Assembly (NCBI GenBank): GCA_040757065.1
Contig: JBFLXR010000014.1
Span: forward strand, 1,432 to 65,431
Direction: 5' to 3'
Length of the DNA stretch: 64,000 nucleotides
Source of the DNA: Pseudomonadota bacterium
Lineage (GTDB): Bacteria; Pseudomonadota; Gammaproteobacteria; Burkholderiales; Gallionellaceae
Shown: piece after piece, positions 45,759 through 54,636 of the stretch
Layout of the letters: each line of letters starts with the position of its first letter
How positions within the stretch are numbered: position 1 is the first letter of the stretch
Made by a program: the position numbers and the translations under genes
The notes under the pieces: generated by a model
Seen by the model: only the letters and a program-made list of their open reading frames with translations
What the model was told of the DNA's origin: nothing
Databases searched by the model: none

Positions 45759-47441
45759 CTAGTCTTTTTTGTTCGAACGCCAGATCGAGATAATCAGCCA
45801 CAAGGCATTGATCAGCGCTAGCAGAAAACCGGCCAGACCGAATAACGGTAAGCCGAACAGGGTAGGGCCGCCTTGCACGGTCATTACAATGGCCGATCCG
45901 ATAATCAGCGCTGCAATCAACACACCCAGCGTGAGCCGGTTGGTGCTGTGATCGATCTGGTGTCCGAAATGGTCGAGCCGCTTCACGTCCAGATCGATTT
46001 TCAGCCGTCCGCGCCGCGCCTCTTTCACCAGCCGCGAAAGGTCGCGCGGCAAGCCGCCGACCAGAGAAAACACTTCATGCAATCCGCGACCGCCGCGCTT
46101 GAGTAAAGTGGCCGGGTAATAACGCTGAGTAATGACCATTTTGACGAACGGTGTCAGGTGGTCGGTCATGTGGAAATCCGGATCGAGCTGGCGACCCAGT
46201 CCTTCTAGTGTAATCAGCGCCTTAAACAGCAAAGTGAGGTCGGACGGCAGCACGATGTTGTGGTCGCGCATAATGGCGGTGATTTCGCTCAGCAGCGCGC
46301 CGAGGCGAATATCCTTTAACGGCACATGTTCATAGTTGAAAATAAGTTCGTTGATGTCGCGGGTTAGCTTGCTTTCGTCGACATCGGCGTCTTCCGTCCA
46401 GTCCATCAGTACATCGAGCATGGCGAGTTCGTTGCGTTGCGCCAGTGCGGCGAGGAGATTGACGATCTGATTGCGGCGATGATCGGATAAGCGGCCCACC
46501 ATGCCAAAATCCAGTAAAGCCAGCCGGTTGCCTGCCAGGTAAAATACATTGCCGGGGTGGGGGTCGGCGTGGAAATAGCCGTCCAGCAAAATCATTTTCA
46601 GCACAGCGTCCGCGCCTCGGCTGGCGAGCAGCTTGCGGTCGAGACCGGCGGCTTCGATCGCTTTCATGTCGTTGCCCGGCACGCCCTCGATGCGCTGTTG
46701 CACGTTCACAATCGGGCTGGTCCATTCCCAGTAAATCCGCGGAATGACAATGTTCGGATCTTGCTCGAAATTGGTCGAGAAGCGGTCTTGCGCCCGTGCT
46801 TCTTGTGCCAAATCGAGTTCGCGCTGCAAAGAGCGGCCGAACTCCTGAACGATCAGCGTCGGTCGGTAACGCTTCATTTCCTCCGTATTGGCTTCCAGCA
46901 TGCCGGCGATAATTTCCAGAATATGCAGGTCGGAGGCGATCTTGGATTCGATGCCGGGACGGCGAATTTTTAGTACGACCGGTGTGCCGTCGGGTAGCTC
47001 GGCACTATGAACTTGTGCAATCGAGGCTGAGCCGCAGGGATTGCTGTTCAGATTGCGGAAAATTTCGAGCGGGGATGCCCCGAGTGCTTTGGTGAGTTCC
47101 GGCAGCAAGGTTTCGAAGCTTTGCGGCGGAACGGTGCTTTGCAGTTTCTCGAATTCCGCGATCCAGTCCGGTGGAAAAACATCCACGCGGGTGGACAGTA
47201 CTTGTCCTAGTTTAACGAAAGTAGGGCCGAGTTCTTCCAGCGCCAGACGGATGCGCTGCGGGGTCGAAAGAGTTTCTTTTTCTTCGTGACCGGCGAGATG
47301 CAGTATTTGCCCCGTACGCTCCAAAACCGAGACAATGCCGCTGCGGCGCATGATATCGCCGAAACCGTAACGTATCATCACCGAAGTGATTTCATGCAGA
47401 CGCGAGAAATCGCGGATGGCAGTAACGGTTTCGAGCAGCAT
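45759..47441 (-). CDS. ABC1/AarF/UbiB-family atypical kinase with two C-terminal TM helices
   Basis: 560 aa. LGPTFVKLGQVLSTRVDVFP, ASIAQVH, VLKIRRPGI, HADPHPGNVF, LDFGMVG. Not in a ubiE/ubiJ context, so not called ubiB. Confidence 0.88.
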   Translation of the reverse strand: MLLETVTAIRDFSRLHEITSVMIRYGFGDIMRRSGIVSVLERTGQILHLAGHEEKETLSTPQRIRLALEELGPTFVKLGQVLSTRVDVFPPDWIAEFEKLQSTVPPQSFETLLPELTKALGASPLEIFRNLNSNPCGSASIAQVHSAELPDGTPVVLKIRRPGIESKIASDLHILEIIAGMLEANTEEMKRYRPTLIVQEFGRSLQRELDLAQEARAQDRFSTNFEQDPNIVIPRIYWEWTSPIVNVQQRIEGVPGNDMKAIEAAGLDRKLLASRGADAVLKMILLDGYFHADPHPGNVFYLAGNRLALLDFGMVGRLSDHRRNQIVNLLAALAQRNELAMLDVLMDWTEDADVDESKLTRDINELIFNYEHVPLKDIRLGALLSEITAIMRDHNIVLPSDLTLLFKALITLEGLGRQLDPDFHMTDHLTPFVKMVITQRYYPATLLKRGGRGLHEVFSLVGGLPRDLSRLVKEARRGRLKIDLDVKRLDHFGHQIDHSTNRLTLGVLIAALIIGSAIVMTVQGGPTLFGLPLFGLAGFLLALINALWLIISIWRSNKKD

Positions 47442-47459
47442 CGTCGGGCGGGTTCCGGG

Positions 47460-48098
47460 TTATTTTTTCGGCTCGTGCAAAGCGTCAGCAATGCCTGCCA
47501 GAATACCGCTGGCTGCCAGTGTCAGGCGTGCACCGAATTCGCGGGCTGCACTGAGGCCGTTTGTTTGTGCGTCGTGGGTGACGCTGCGGGCATGGTTGGA
47601 AAATGCGCCGAGCGTGCTTGCAACTTGGCGTCCAGTGTCGGTACCTGTATGTCTTGCGTGTGTTAGCAGGTCGCGCCATTCGGCGCGGATGCGTTCGCCT
47701 GCCGATTCGGAAACATGCTGCACCGTACTCATAAAGGCTTCTTCAGTTTGTTTCAGGTTATCCAGGGCGATTTTCAGATCGCCGTCGTTGAATTCCTTAC
47801 CGCTGGCGGTCAGTTGCTCCAGCGCCAGATGAAAAGCTTCGGCGGATTTCTTCATGGCATCGTCCAAGCCCGCAAAGGCTTCGCCGAGTGCTTGTTTGCT
47901 GTCGGCGGCACGTTTCTCTGCGCCGATACTGATGCCTTCGGTGAGCGATTTCACGACTTCGCGCACTTCCGCACTTTCCAGCTTGCGTTGTTTGAGCGCG
48001 TTCAGTGTGAGGCTATACACCCGGCTGCGAATGTCGTTGCCTTCCGAGACCGAGGCGCTGGCCGCTTCTTTGATGGCTTCGTTGGATAGTTCGCTCAT
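47460..48098 (-). CDS. Hypothetical all-helical, Ala/Glu/Lys-rich protein (phasin-like composition), probably co-transcribed with the ABC1 kinase
   Basis: ATG 48098 (M17 of ORF 47460..48146), 212 aa. No catalytic motifs. Only 18 nt from the downstream kinase gene. Confidence 0.6.
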   Translation of the reverse strand: MSELSNEAIKEAASASVSEGNDIRSRVYSLTLNALKQRKLESAEVREVVKSLTEGISIGAEKRAADSKQALGEAFAGLDDAMKKSAEAFHLALEQLTASGKEFNDGDLKIALDNLKQTEEAFMSTVQHVSESAGERIRAEWRDLLTHARHTGTDTGRQVASTLGAFSNHARSVTHDAQTNGLSAAREFGARLTLAASGILAGIADALHEPKK

Positions 48099-48221
48099 TT
48101 CCGTTCCCCTATGTACGTTGAGTGAAATTCTGCAACCCGACGGCAAATATAACGCGAACTAAAAAATGCCGCAGCACTTTCATGTTGTTGTACCCTATCG
48201 ACCGCGTAACCCGGAGGAAGC

Positions 48222-49583
48222 ATGGCAAAGGTAAAAAGTATCTATTCCTGTACCGAATGCGGCGGACAGACCCCGAAATGGCAAGGGCAGTGTCCGCATT
48301 GTTCGGCGTGGAATACGCTGGTGGAAAGTGTGGCGGAAGCGCCTGCGGCGGCGAAAAACCGTTTCAGCGCGTTGGCGGCCAGCGGGCAGTTGCAGCGATT
48401 GTCCGAGGTGGAGGCTGCGGAAGTGCCGCGTACCCCGACCGGCATTGTCGAATTCGACCGCGTGCTCGGCGGCGGCTTGGTACGGGGCGGCGTGGTGCTG
48501 ATCGGCGGCGATCCGGGAATCGGCAAGTCTACGTTGTTGTTGCAGACATTGGCGCATCTCGCACCGACGCAGAATGTGCTGTATGTCAGCGGCGAAGAGT
48601 CTGCGCAGCAGATTGCACTACGTGCCAAGCGTCTGGCGCTGGATGCCAGCGGTGTACGCTTGCTGCCGGAAATCCAGCTGGAAAAAATTCAATCGGTTGT
48701 GGGTTCGGAGCAGCCGGATGTGGTGGTGATCGACTCGATCCAGACCTTGTATTCCGAGCAACTGACTTCTGCGCCGGGGTCTGTGGCACAAGTGCGCGAA
48801 TGCGCCGCGCAACTGACGCGATTGGCGAAAAGTACCGGTGTCACCATGATACTGGTCGGGCATGTGACTAAGGAAGGTGCGCTGGCCGGGCCGCGCGTAC
48901 TGGAGCATATTGTCGATACGGTGCTGTATTTCGAGGGGGATACCCATTCCAGCTTCCGGTTGATACGGGCGTTTAAAAACCGTTTCGGCGCGGTGAACGA
49001 GTTGGGCGTGTTTGCCATGACCGAACGCGGACTGCGCGAGGTGAGCAATCCTTCCGCTTTGTTTTTGTCGCAGCACGGTACGCAGGTGGCGGGATCTTGC
49101 GTGATGGTGACGCAAGAAGGTACGCGTCCCTTGCTGGTGGAAATTCAGGCTTTGCTGGATGAGGCGCACTCGCCTAGTCCGCGCCGCTTGTCGCTTGGGT
49201 TGGAGCAGAACCGGCTGGCAATGCTGCTGGCGGTGCTGCATCGGCATGCCGGGATCGCCTGTTTCGATCAGGATGTCTTTATTAATGCTGTCGGCGGAGT
49301 GAAGATTACCGAGCCGGGCGCAGATTTGGCCGTTTTATTGGCAATGGTATCTTCGCTGCGCAATAAGCCGTTGCCGGAAAAGTTGGTGGTGTTCGGCGAA
49401 GTGGGGTTGGCGGGCGAGGTTAGACCAGTGCAACGCGGACAGGAGCGCCTGAAGGAAGCTGCCAAGCTGGGCTTTACCCAAGCACTGATTCCGAAGGCGA
49501 ATAAACCGAAGCAGTCGATTGCCGGAATGGAAATTATTGCCGTTGAACGCGTGGAAGAAGCTGTCGAGAAAATGCGCGGCTAA
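48222..49583 (+). CDS. radA: DNA repair protein RadA (Sms)
   Basis: 453 aa. YSCTECGGQTPKWQGQCPHCSAWNT zinc finger, GGDPGIGKSTLLLQ Walker A, KNRFG motif, Lon-like C-terminus. Confidence 0.96.
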   Translation: MAKVKSIYSCTECGGQTPKWQGQCPHCSAWNTLVESVAEAPAAAKNRFSALAASGQLQRLSEVEAAEVPRTPTGIVEFDRVLGGGLVRGGVVLIGGDPGIGKSTLLLQTLAHLAPTQNVLYVSGEESAQQIALRAKRLALDASGVRLLPEIQLEKIQSVVGSEQPDVVVIDSIQTLYSEQLTSAPGSVAQVRECAAQLTRLAKSTGVTMILVGHVTKEGALAGPRVLEHIVDTVLYFEGDTHSSFRLIRAFKNRFGAVNELGVFAMTERGLREVSNPSALFLSQHGTQVAGSCVMVTQEGTRPLLVEIQALLDEAHSPSPRRLSLGLEQNRLAMLLAVLHRHAGIACFDQDVFINAVGGVKITEPGADLAVLLAMVSSLRNKPLPEKLVVFGEVGLAGEVRPVQRGQERLKEAAKLGFTQALIPKANKPKQSIAGMEIIAVERVEEAVEKMRG

Positions 49584-49594
49584 GGGATGGCAAG

Positions 49595-50167
49595 ATGAGC
49601 AAAGCGTTTACCAAAGAAACTGAGCAGGAAGACGAAGAGGCGCTGGCTCCGGCCTTGCAGCTGCCGTCCGGAGTCAAAAATTACATTACTCCTGCGGGGT
49701 ATCGCCGCTTACGCGACGAACTCGAATATTTGTGGAAAGAGGAGCGTCCGGCGCTGGTGCAAACCATTTCGTGGGCGGCATCGAACGGCGACCGCTCCGA
49801 GAACGGCGACTATATTTACGGCAAGAAACGCTTGCGTGAGATTGATCGGCGCATCCGCTTTCTCAGCAAGCGGATCGAGAACGCTGAGGTGGTCGATCCC
49901 GAACTGCGCGCCGGTTGCGAGCAGGTGTTTTTCGGTGCGACGGTGACGGTTTGCCATGCCGATGGCGAAGAGCGCACCTACAGCATCGTCGGGGTGGACG
50001 AAGCCGACGCCGGGAAAGGCTTGATTAGCTGGGTGTCGCCGCTGGCGCGCGCCTTGCTGAAAGCGCGCGAGAGCGATGTGGTGCAGCTGCGATTGCCGCA
50101 TGTGGCGGAAGAGCTGGAAATCATCGAAGTGGCATATTGTGCGATTGCATTCGAGGCGTTGTTCTGA
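49595..50167 (+). CDS. greB: Transcription elongation factor GreB (with acidic N-terminal extension)
   Basis: 190 aa. NYITPAGYRRLRDELEYLWKEERP, DRSENGDYIYGKKRLREIDRRIRFL, ISWVSPLARALL. Confidence 0.85.
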   Translation: MSKAFTKETEQEDEEALAPALQLPSGVKNYITPAGYRRLRDELEYLWKEERPALVQTISWAASNGDRSENGDYIYGKKRLREIDRRIRFLSKRIENAEVVDPELRAGCEQVFFGATVTVCHADGEERTYSIVGVDEADAGKGLISWVSPLARALLKARESDVVQLRLPHVAEELEIIEVAYCAIAFEALF

Positions 50168-50255
50168 TGCTGCGCACCATTGAGGTGCGTTGCCGATTGT
50201 CAGCCGCCCGGTCTGCGGTTAAAGTGCAGCCCTTATTCACACTCGGAGGCGGGGC

Positions 50256-52697
50256 ATGACGTTGTTCACGTTGCTGACAGTACTGCTGGTGGTACTGGGG
50301 CTGGCTTTCTTCCGCGCCTCGCGCTGGGGTTGGCTGCTGGCCGCAGTGGTGCTGGTATTCTTCGTGGCGAGCGGTAACCGCATTTCTCCTGAGGCTTTGC
50401 AGGCCGTTTATATATTGCTGGCAGCATTGATTGCGGTGTTCGGCATTCCCGCATTGCGCCGCCCGGCGATCAGCGCTTTCGCGCTGAAGTCGTTCCGCAA
50501 GGTTTTGCCGCAGATTTCTCAAACCGAACAAGAAGCGTTGGATGCCGGCACAGTCTGGTGGGAAGGCGAGTTGTTCGGCGGGCATCCTGACTGGGAGAAG
50601 CTGCTGAATTATCCCAAGGCGACGTTGACTGAGGCCGAGCTAGCTTTCTTGCAGAACGAAACAGCGCAGTTATGCGCCATGCTCGACGATTGGGAGATAA
50701 CCCACCGCCGGGCCGATTTGTCGCCCGAGACGTGGCAGTTTATTAAGGATAAGGGATTCTTCGGGATGATTATTCCGAAAGAATATGGCGGGCTGGGTTT
50801 TTCCGCGCAGGCGCATTCGGCAGTGGTGGCGAAGATCGCGTCGCGCAGCACGACGGCGGCGGTGACGGCGATGGTGCCGAATTCGCTCGGCCCGGCCGAA
50901 TTGTTGCTGCATTACGGCACCGAACAGCAAAAAGAGCGTTACCTGAAACGGCTGGCGAAGGGCGAGGAGGTGCCGTGTTTTGCGCTGACCGGCCCGTTCG
51001 CCGGTTCCGATGCCGGTGCGATCCCCGACTACGGCATTGTCTGTCGCGGCGCATTCAACGGCGAGCAGAATGTGTTGGGTGTACGGCTGACATGGGAGAA
51101 GCGCTATATTACGCTGGCGCCGGTTGCGACTTTGCTGGGGCTGGCGTTTAAGTTATACGATCCGGAAGGCTTGCTGGGCGGGGAAAAAGAACGGGGGATT
51201 ACGCTGGCGCTGATTCCGGCCGATATGCCGGGAGTGGAAATCGGGCGGCGCCATTTTCCGTTGAATTCTGCGTTTCTGAACGGGCCGACGAGTGGGCGCG
51301 ACGTGTTCGTGCCGCTCGATTGCATTATCGGCGGGCCGGAACGCATCGGACAGGGCTGGCGTATGCTGATGGAATGTCTGGCGGCGGGGCGCTCGATTTC
51401 GCTACCCTCCAGCGCAGTGGGCGGCGCCAAGCTGGCGGCGCGTACCAGCGGCGCTTATTGCCGGGTGCGCAGGCAATTCAAATTGCCGATCGGAAAATTC
51501 GAAGGCGTCGAGGAAGCACTGGCGCGGATCGGCGGGCATACTTACCTGATGGAGGCGGCACGCCGTCTGACGGCGCAGGCAGTGGCGCAGGGCGAGAAAC
51601 CTTCGGTCGTCTCGGCAATTGTAAAATATCATTGCACCGAACGCGGACGCATGGTGATTAACGATGCGATGGATGTGCACGGCGGCAAGGGGATTTGCCT
51701 CGGGCCGCGCAATTATTTGGGTCGCGCATACCAACAGTCGCCGATCGGCATTACCGTCGAAGGTGCGAATATTCTGACGCGAAACATGATAATTTTCGGT
51801 CAGGGTGCTGTGCGGGCGCATCCGTATGTGTTGAAAGAAATCGCGGCGGCGCACGAAGCGGATGCGGCAAAGGCTCTGACCGATTTCGACGACGCTTTGT
51901 TCGGTCATATCGGTTTTACGGTGGCGAATGCTGCCCGTTCGCTGGTTTACGGGTTATCCAACGGATATGGGATCCCGGTACACGGCAGCGAGGCCGCCAA
52001 GCGTTATTACCAGCAACTGACGCGCTTTTCGGCAGCCTTTGCTTTGTTGGCCGATATGTCCATGCTGGTGTTCGGCGGCGGTCTTAAGCGGCGCGAGCGG
52101 ATTTCGGCGCGGTTGGGGGATGCGCTGAGTCAGTTGTATTTGTGCTCGGCGGTTTTGAAGCGGTTCGAGGATGACGGTCATCCTGCAGAGGATTTGCCCT
52201 TGTTGCAGTGGGCGCTGGAAGACGGATTGTTCCGGTTGCAGAATGCACTAGACGGCGTGCTGCACAATTACCCGGTTCGTCCGCTGTCGTGGTTGCTGCG
52301 CGGCCTGATTTTTCCCTATGGCAGACGGCTTGCACCGCCGTCAGATCGTTTGGATCATGCCGTGGCAACGTTGCTGATGCAGCCCGGACCTGCACGTGAC
52401 CGGCTGACGGAGGGAATGTATGTGCCGGACGGGGATGAAAACGACCCCGTGGCAGTACTGGAAGCGGCGCTGGCGAGCGCATTGCAGTGTGAATCGTTAT
52501 GGCAAAAAGTCGAGGCGGCGGATAAGCGCGGCTTACTGAAGGCGCTGGAGACGTCTGCGCGGATACGCGAAGCGGGCGAGCAGGGGCTGTTGACCGACGA
52601 AGAAATCGGGTTGCTGGAACGCGATTATGCCTTGCAACGCAAGGCGGTGATGGTGGACGATTTTGCGGCGGCAGAGTTGCCGGCAGGGCGCAGTTAA
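50256..52697 (+). CDS. fadE: Large acyl-CoA dehydrogenase (FadE type, N-terminal membrane segment + ACAD + DUF1974-like tail)
   Basis: 813 aa. Hydrophobic N-terminus, GFFGMIIPKEYGGLGFS, TGPFAGSDAGAI, EGANILTRNMIIFGQGA. Confidence 0.88.
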   Translation: MTLFTLLTVLLVVLGLAFFRASRWGWLLAAVVLVFFVASGNRISPEALQAVYILLAALIAVFGIPALRRPAISAFALKSFRKVLPQISQTEQEALDAGTVWWEGELFGGHPDWEKLLNYPKATLTEAELAFLQNETAQLCAMLDDWEITHRRADLSPETWQFIKDKGFFGMIIPKEYGGLGFSAQAHSAVVAKIASRSTTAAVTAMVPNSLGPAELLLHYGTEQQKERYLKRLAKGEEVPCFALTGPFAGSDAGAIPDYGIVCRGAFNGEQNVLGVRLTWEKRYITLAPVATLLGLAFKLYDPEGLLGGEKERGITLALIPADMPGVEIGRRHFPLNSAFLNGPTSGRDVFVPLDCIIGGPERIGQGWRMLMECLAAGRSISLPSSAVGGAKLAARTSGAYCRVRRQFKLPIGKFEGVEEALARIGGHTYLMEAARRLTAQAVAQGEKPSVVSAIVKYHCTERGRMVINDAMDVHGGKGICLGPRNYLGRAYQQSPIGITVEGANILTRNMIIFGQGAVRAHPYVLKEIAAAHEADAAKALTDFDDALFGHIGFTVANAARSLVYGLSNGYGIPVHGSEAAKRYYQQLTRFSAAFALLADMSMLVFGGGLKRRERISARLGDALSQLYLCSAVLKRFEDDGHPAEDLPLLQWALEDGLFRLQNALDGVLHNYPVRPLSWLLRGLIFPYGRRLAPPSDRLDHAVATLLMQPGPARDRLTEGMYVPDGDENDPVAVLEAALASALQCESLWQKVEAADKRGLLKALETSARIREAGEQGLLTDEEIGLLERDYALQRKAVMVDDFAAAELPAGRS

Positions 52698-52732
52698 GCG
52701 TCCGCAAAGAATAATCTCGGGAGGAGAATGCC

Positions 52733-54538
52733 GTGCATGGCGGCCAGGAACATGTGATTACACCCGATCAGGCCGGTAGCCTGCACGGTTTATTTACGGA
52801 GCGTGTGCGTCGTACCCCGGAGGCCGTGGCCTACCGTTTTTTCGATGCCGCGCATAACCAGTGGGTCAGCCTGACTTGGGCGCAGGTGCGCGACGAGGTG
52901 GGGCGCTGGCAGGCTGCTTTGCAGCGCGAGGGCCTGCAACCGGGCGATCGCGTGGGGATTATGCTGCGCAACTGTCCGCAGTGGATGATGTTCGATCAGG
53001 CCGCGCTTTCGCTCGGTCTGGTGGTGGTGCTTTTGTATACCGTGGATCGTCCCGACAATGTGGCTTATATCGCCGAGGACGCAGGCATCAAGGTGCTGCT
53101 GTTCGAAAACGGCGACCAATGGCTGGGACTGAGCGGGGTCAGCAAGCAGATGACGGCGGTGCAGCGTTTTGTTTGTTTGCGCCCCGTTGCTGCACGGGGC
53201 GAGGAACGCCTGATCTCTGTGGATAAATGGTTGCCGGAGCGGGCGGCTTTGCAGGCCGAGGTGCGGCCGGATCGTCATGCGCTGGCAACCATTATGTACA
53301 CCTCCGGCACGACAGGGCGTCCGAAAGGGGTAATGCTGAGCCATGAGGGGATACTGTGGAATGCGTACGCCAGTATGGACGTATTCGCGGTGCGGCAGGA
53401 CGACGTGTTTTTGTCTTTCTTGCCATTGTCTCACGCCTTTGAACGCACACTCGGCTATTACCTGACCGTGATGACCGGGGCGCAAGTCGCCTTTGCGCGT
53501 TCGATTTCTTCTTTGTCGGAAGATTTGCGCACGATCCGACCGACTGTGCTGATTGCGGTGCCGCGTGTTTTCGAGCGCATCTACCAGGCAATTCAAACCC
53601 GGTTACACGAGAGTTCCGGCTTCCGGCAAAAATTTTTCCGCTTTGCGGTCGGCATCGGCTGGGCGCGTTTCCTGCATCAGCAGGGGCGGGGCCCGTGGAT
53701 ACTGGATTTCTTGCTCTGGCCCCTGTTGCAGCGCATGGTGGCGCAAAAAATTCTCGCGCATCTCGGCGGCAATCTTCGGGTGGCGGTCAGCGGCGGCGCG
53801 GCACTGCCCTTCGAGATAGCGCAAACTTTTCTGGGGTTGGGATTGCCGCTGGTGCAGGGGTACGGACTAACCGAAACCGGGCCTGTGGTAAGCGGCAATC
53901 ATCTGGATCGTAATGATCCTGCTAGTGTCGGCGAGGCAATTCCCGGCGTAGAAGTGCGGCTGGGCGAGCAAAGCGCACTTCTAGTGCGTGGGCCGAGCAA
54001 TATGCTGGGTTACTGGAATAATCCTGCTGCTACAGCGGCAATGATCGATGCTGAAGGTTGGCTGAATACCGGCGATACGGCGCGGATTACGAATACCGGG
54101 CATATTTACATTACCGGGAGGCTGAAAGAGGTGATCGTGATGTCGAACGGCGAGAAAATTCCGCCGGGCGATATGGAGCAGGCGATTCTTCGCGACCGCT
54201 TGTTCGAGCAAGTGATGGTTTACGGCGAAGGGCGCCCGTATCTGGTTGTGCTGGCTACCGTGAACCCCGACGTCTGGGTGAAGCTTGCGCAGGACTTGGG
54301 GGTGCGCGCCGACATGCCGGAATCGCTGCACGATCTGCGTGTCGAACGCGCTGCGCTGGGGCGTGTGGCCGCCCAGATACGCGAGTTTCCGGGATATGCC
54401 AAGGTACGTCGCGTGTTGTTGCTGGACGAACACTGGAGCATCGAAAACGGCTTGCTGACGCCGACCTTGAAGTTGAAGCGGGCGCAGGTGGTGGCAAAGT
54501 ACGCCGAGCGGATCGAGAATTTGTACCAAGGTCATTGA
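52733..54538 (+). CDS. Long-chain fatty acid--CoA ligase (AMP-forming)
   Basis: 601 aa. IMYTSGTTGRPKGVMLSH AMP-binding motif, GYGLTETGP, TGDTA, LTPTLKLKR. Confidence 0.9.
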   Translation: MHGGQEHVITPDQAGSLHGLFTERVRRTPEAVAYRFFDAAHNQWVSLTWAQVRDEVGRWQAALQREGLQPGDRVGIMLRNCPQWMMFDQAALSLGLVVVLLYTVDRPDNVAYIAEDAGIKVLLFENGDQWLGLSGVSKQMTAVQRFVCLRPVAARGEERLISVDKWLPERAALQAEVRPDRHALATIMYTSGTTGRPKGVMLSHEGILWNAYASMDVFAVRQDDVFLSFLPLSHAFERTLGYYLTVMTGAQVAFARSISSLSEDLRTIRPTVLIAVPRVFERIYQAIQTRLHESSGFRQKFFRFAVGIGWARFLHQQGRGPWILDFLLWPLLQRMVAQKILAHLGGNLRVAVSGGAALPFEIAQTFLGLGLPLVQGYGLTETGPVVSGNHLDRNDPASVGEAIPGVEVRLGEQSALLVRGPSNMLGYWNNPAATAAMIDAEGWLNTGDTARITNTGHIYITGRLKEVIVMSNGEKIPPGDMEQAILRDRLFEQVMVYGEGRPYLVVLATVNPDVWVKLAQDLGVRADMPESLHDLRVERAALGRVAAQIREFPGYAKVRRVLLLDEHWSIENGLLTPTLKLKRAQVVAKYAERIENLYQGH

Positions 54539-54636
54539 GTTTTTTCTCCCAGTCGTTTCTGCGGAACGATCAACGGGCTTTACAGAATGAGATACATCTG
54601 TTAGGGTTGCAAGCTGGGGAGTAAATACATATAACA

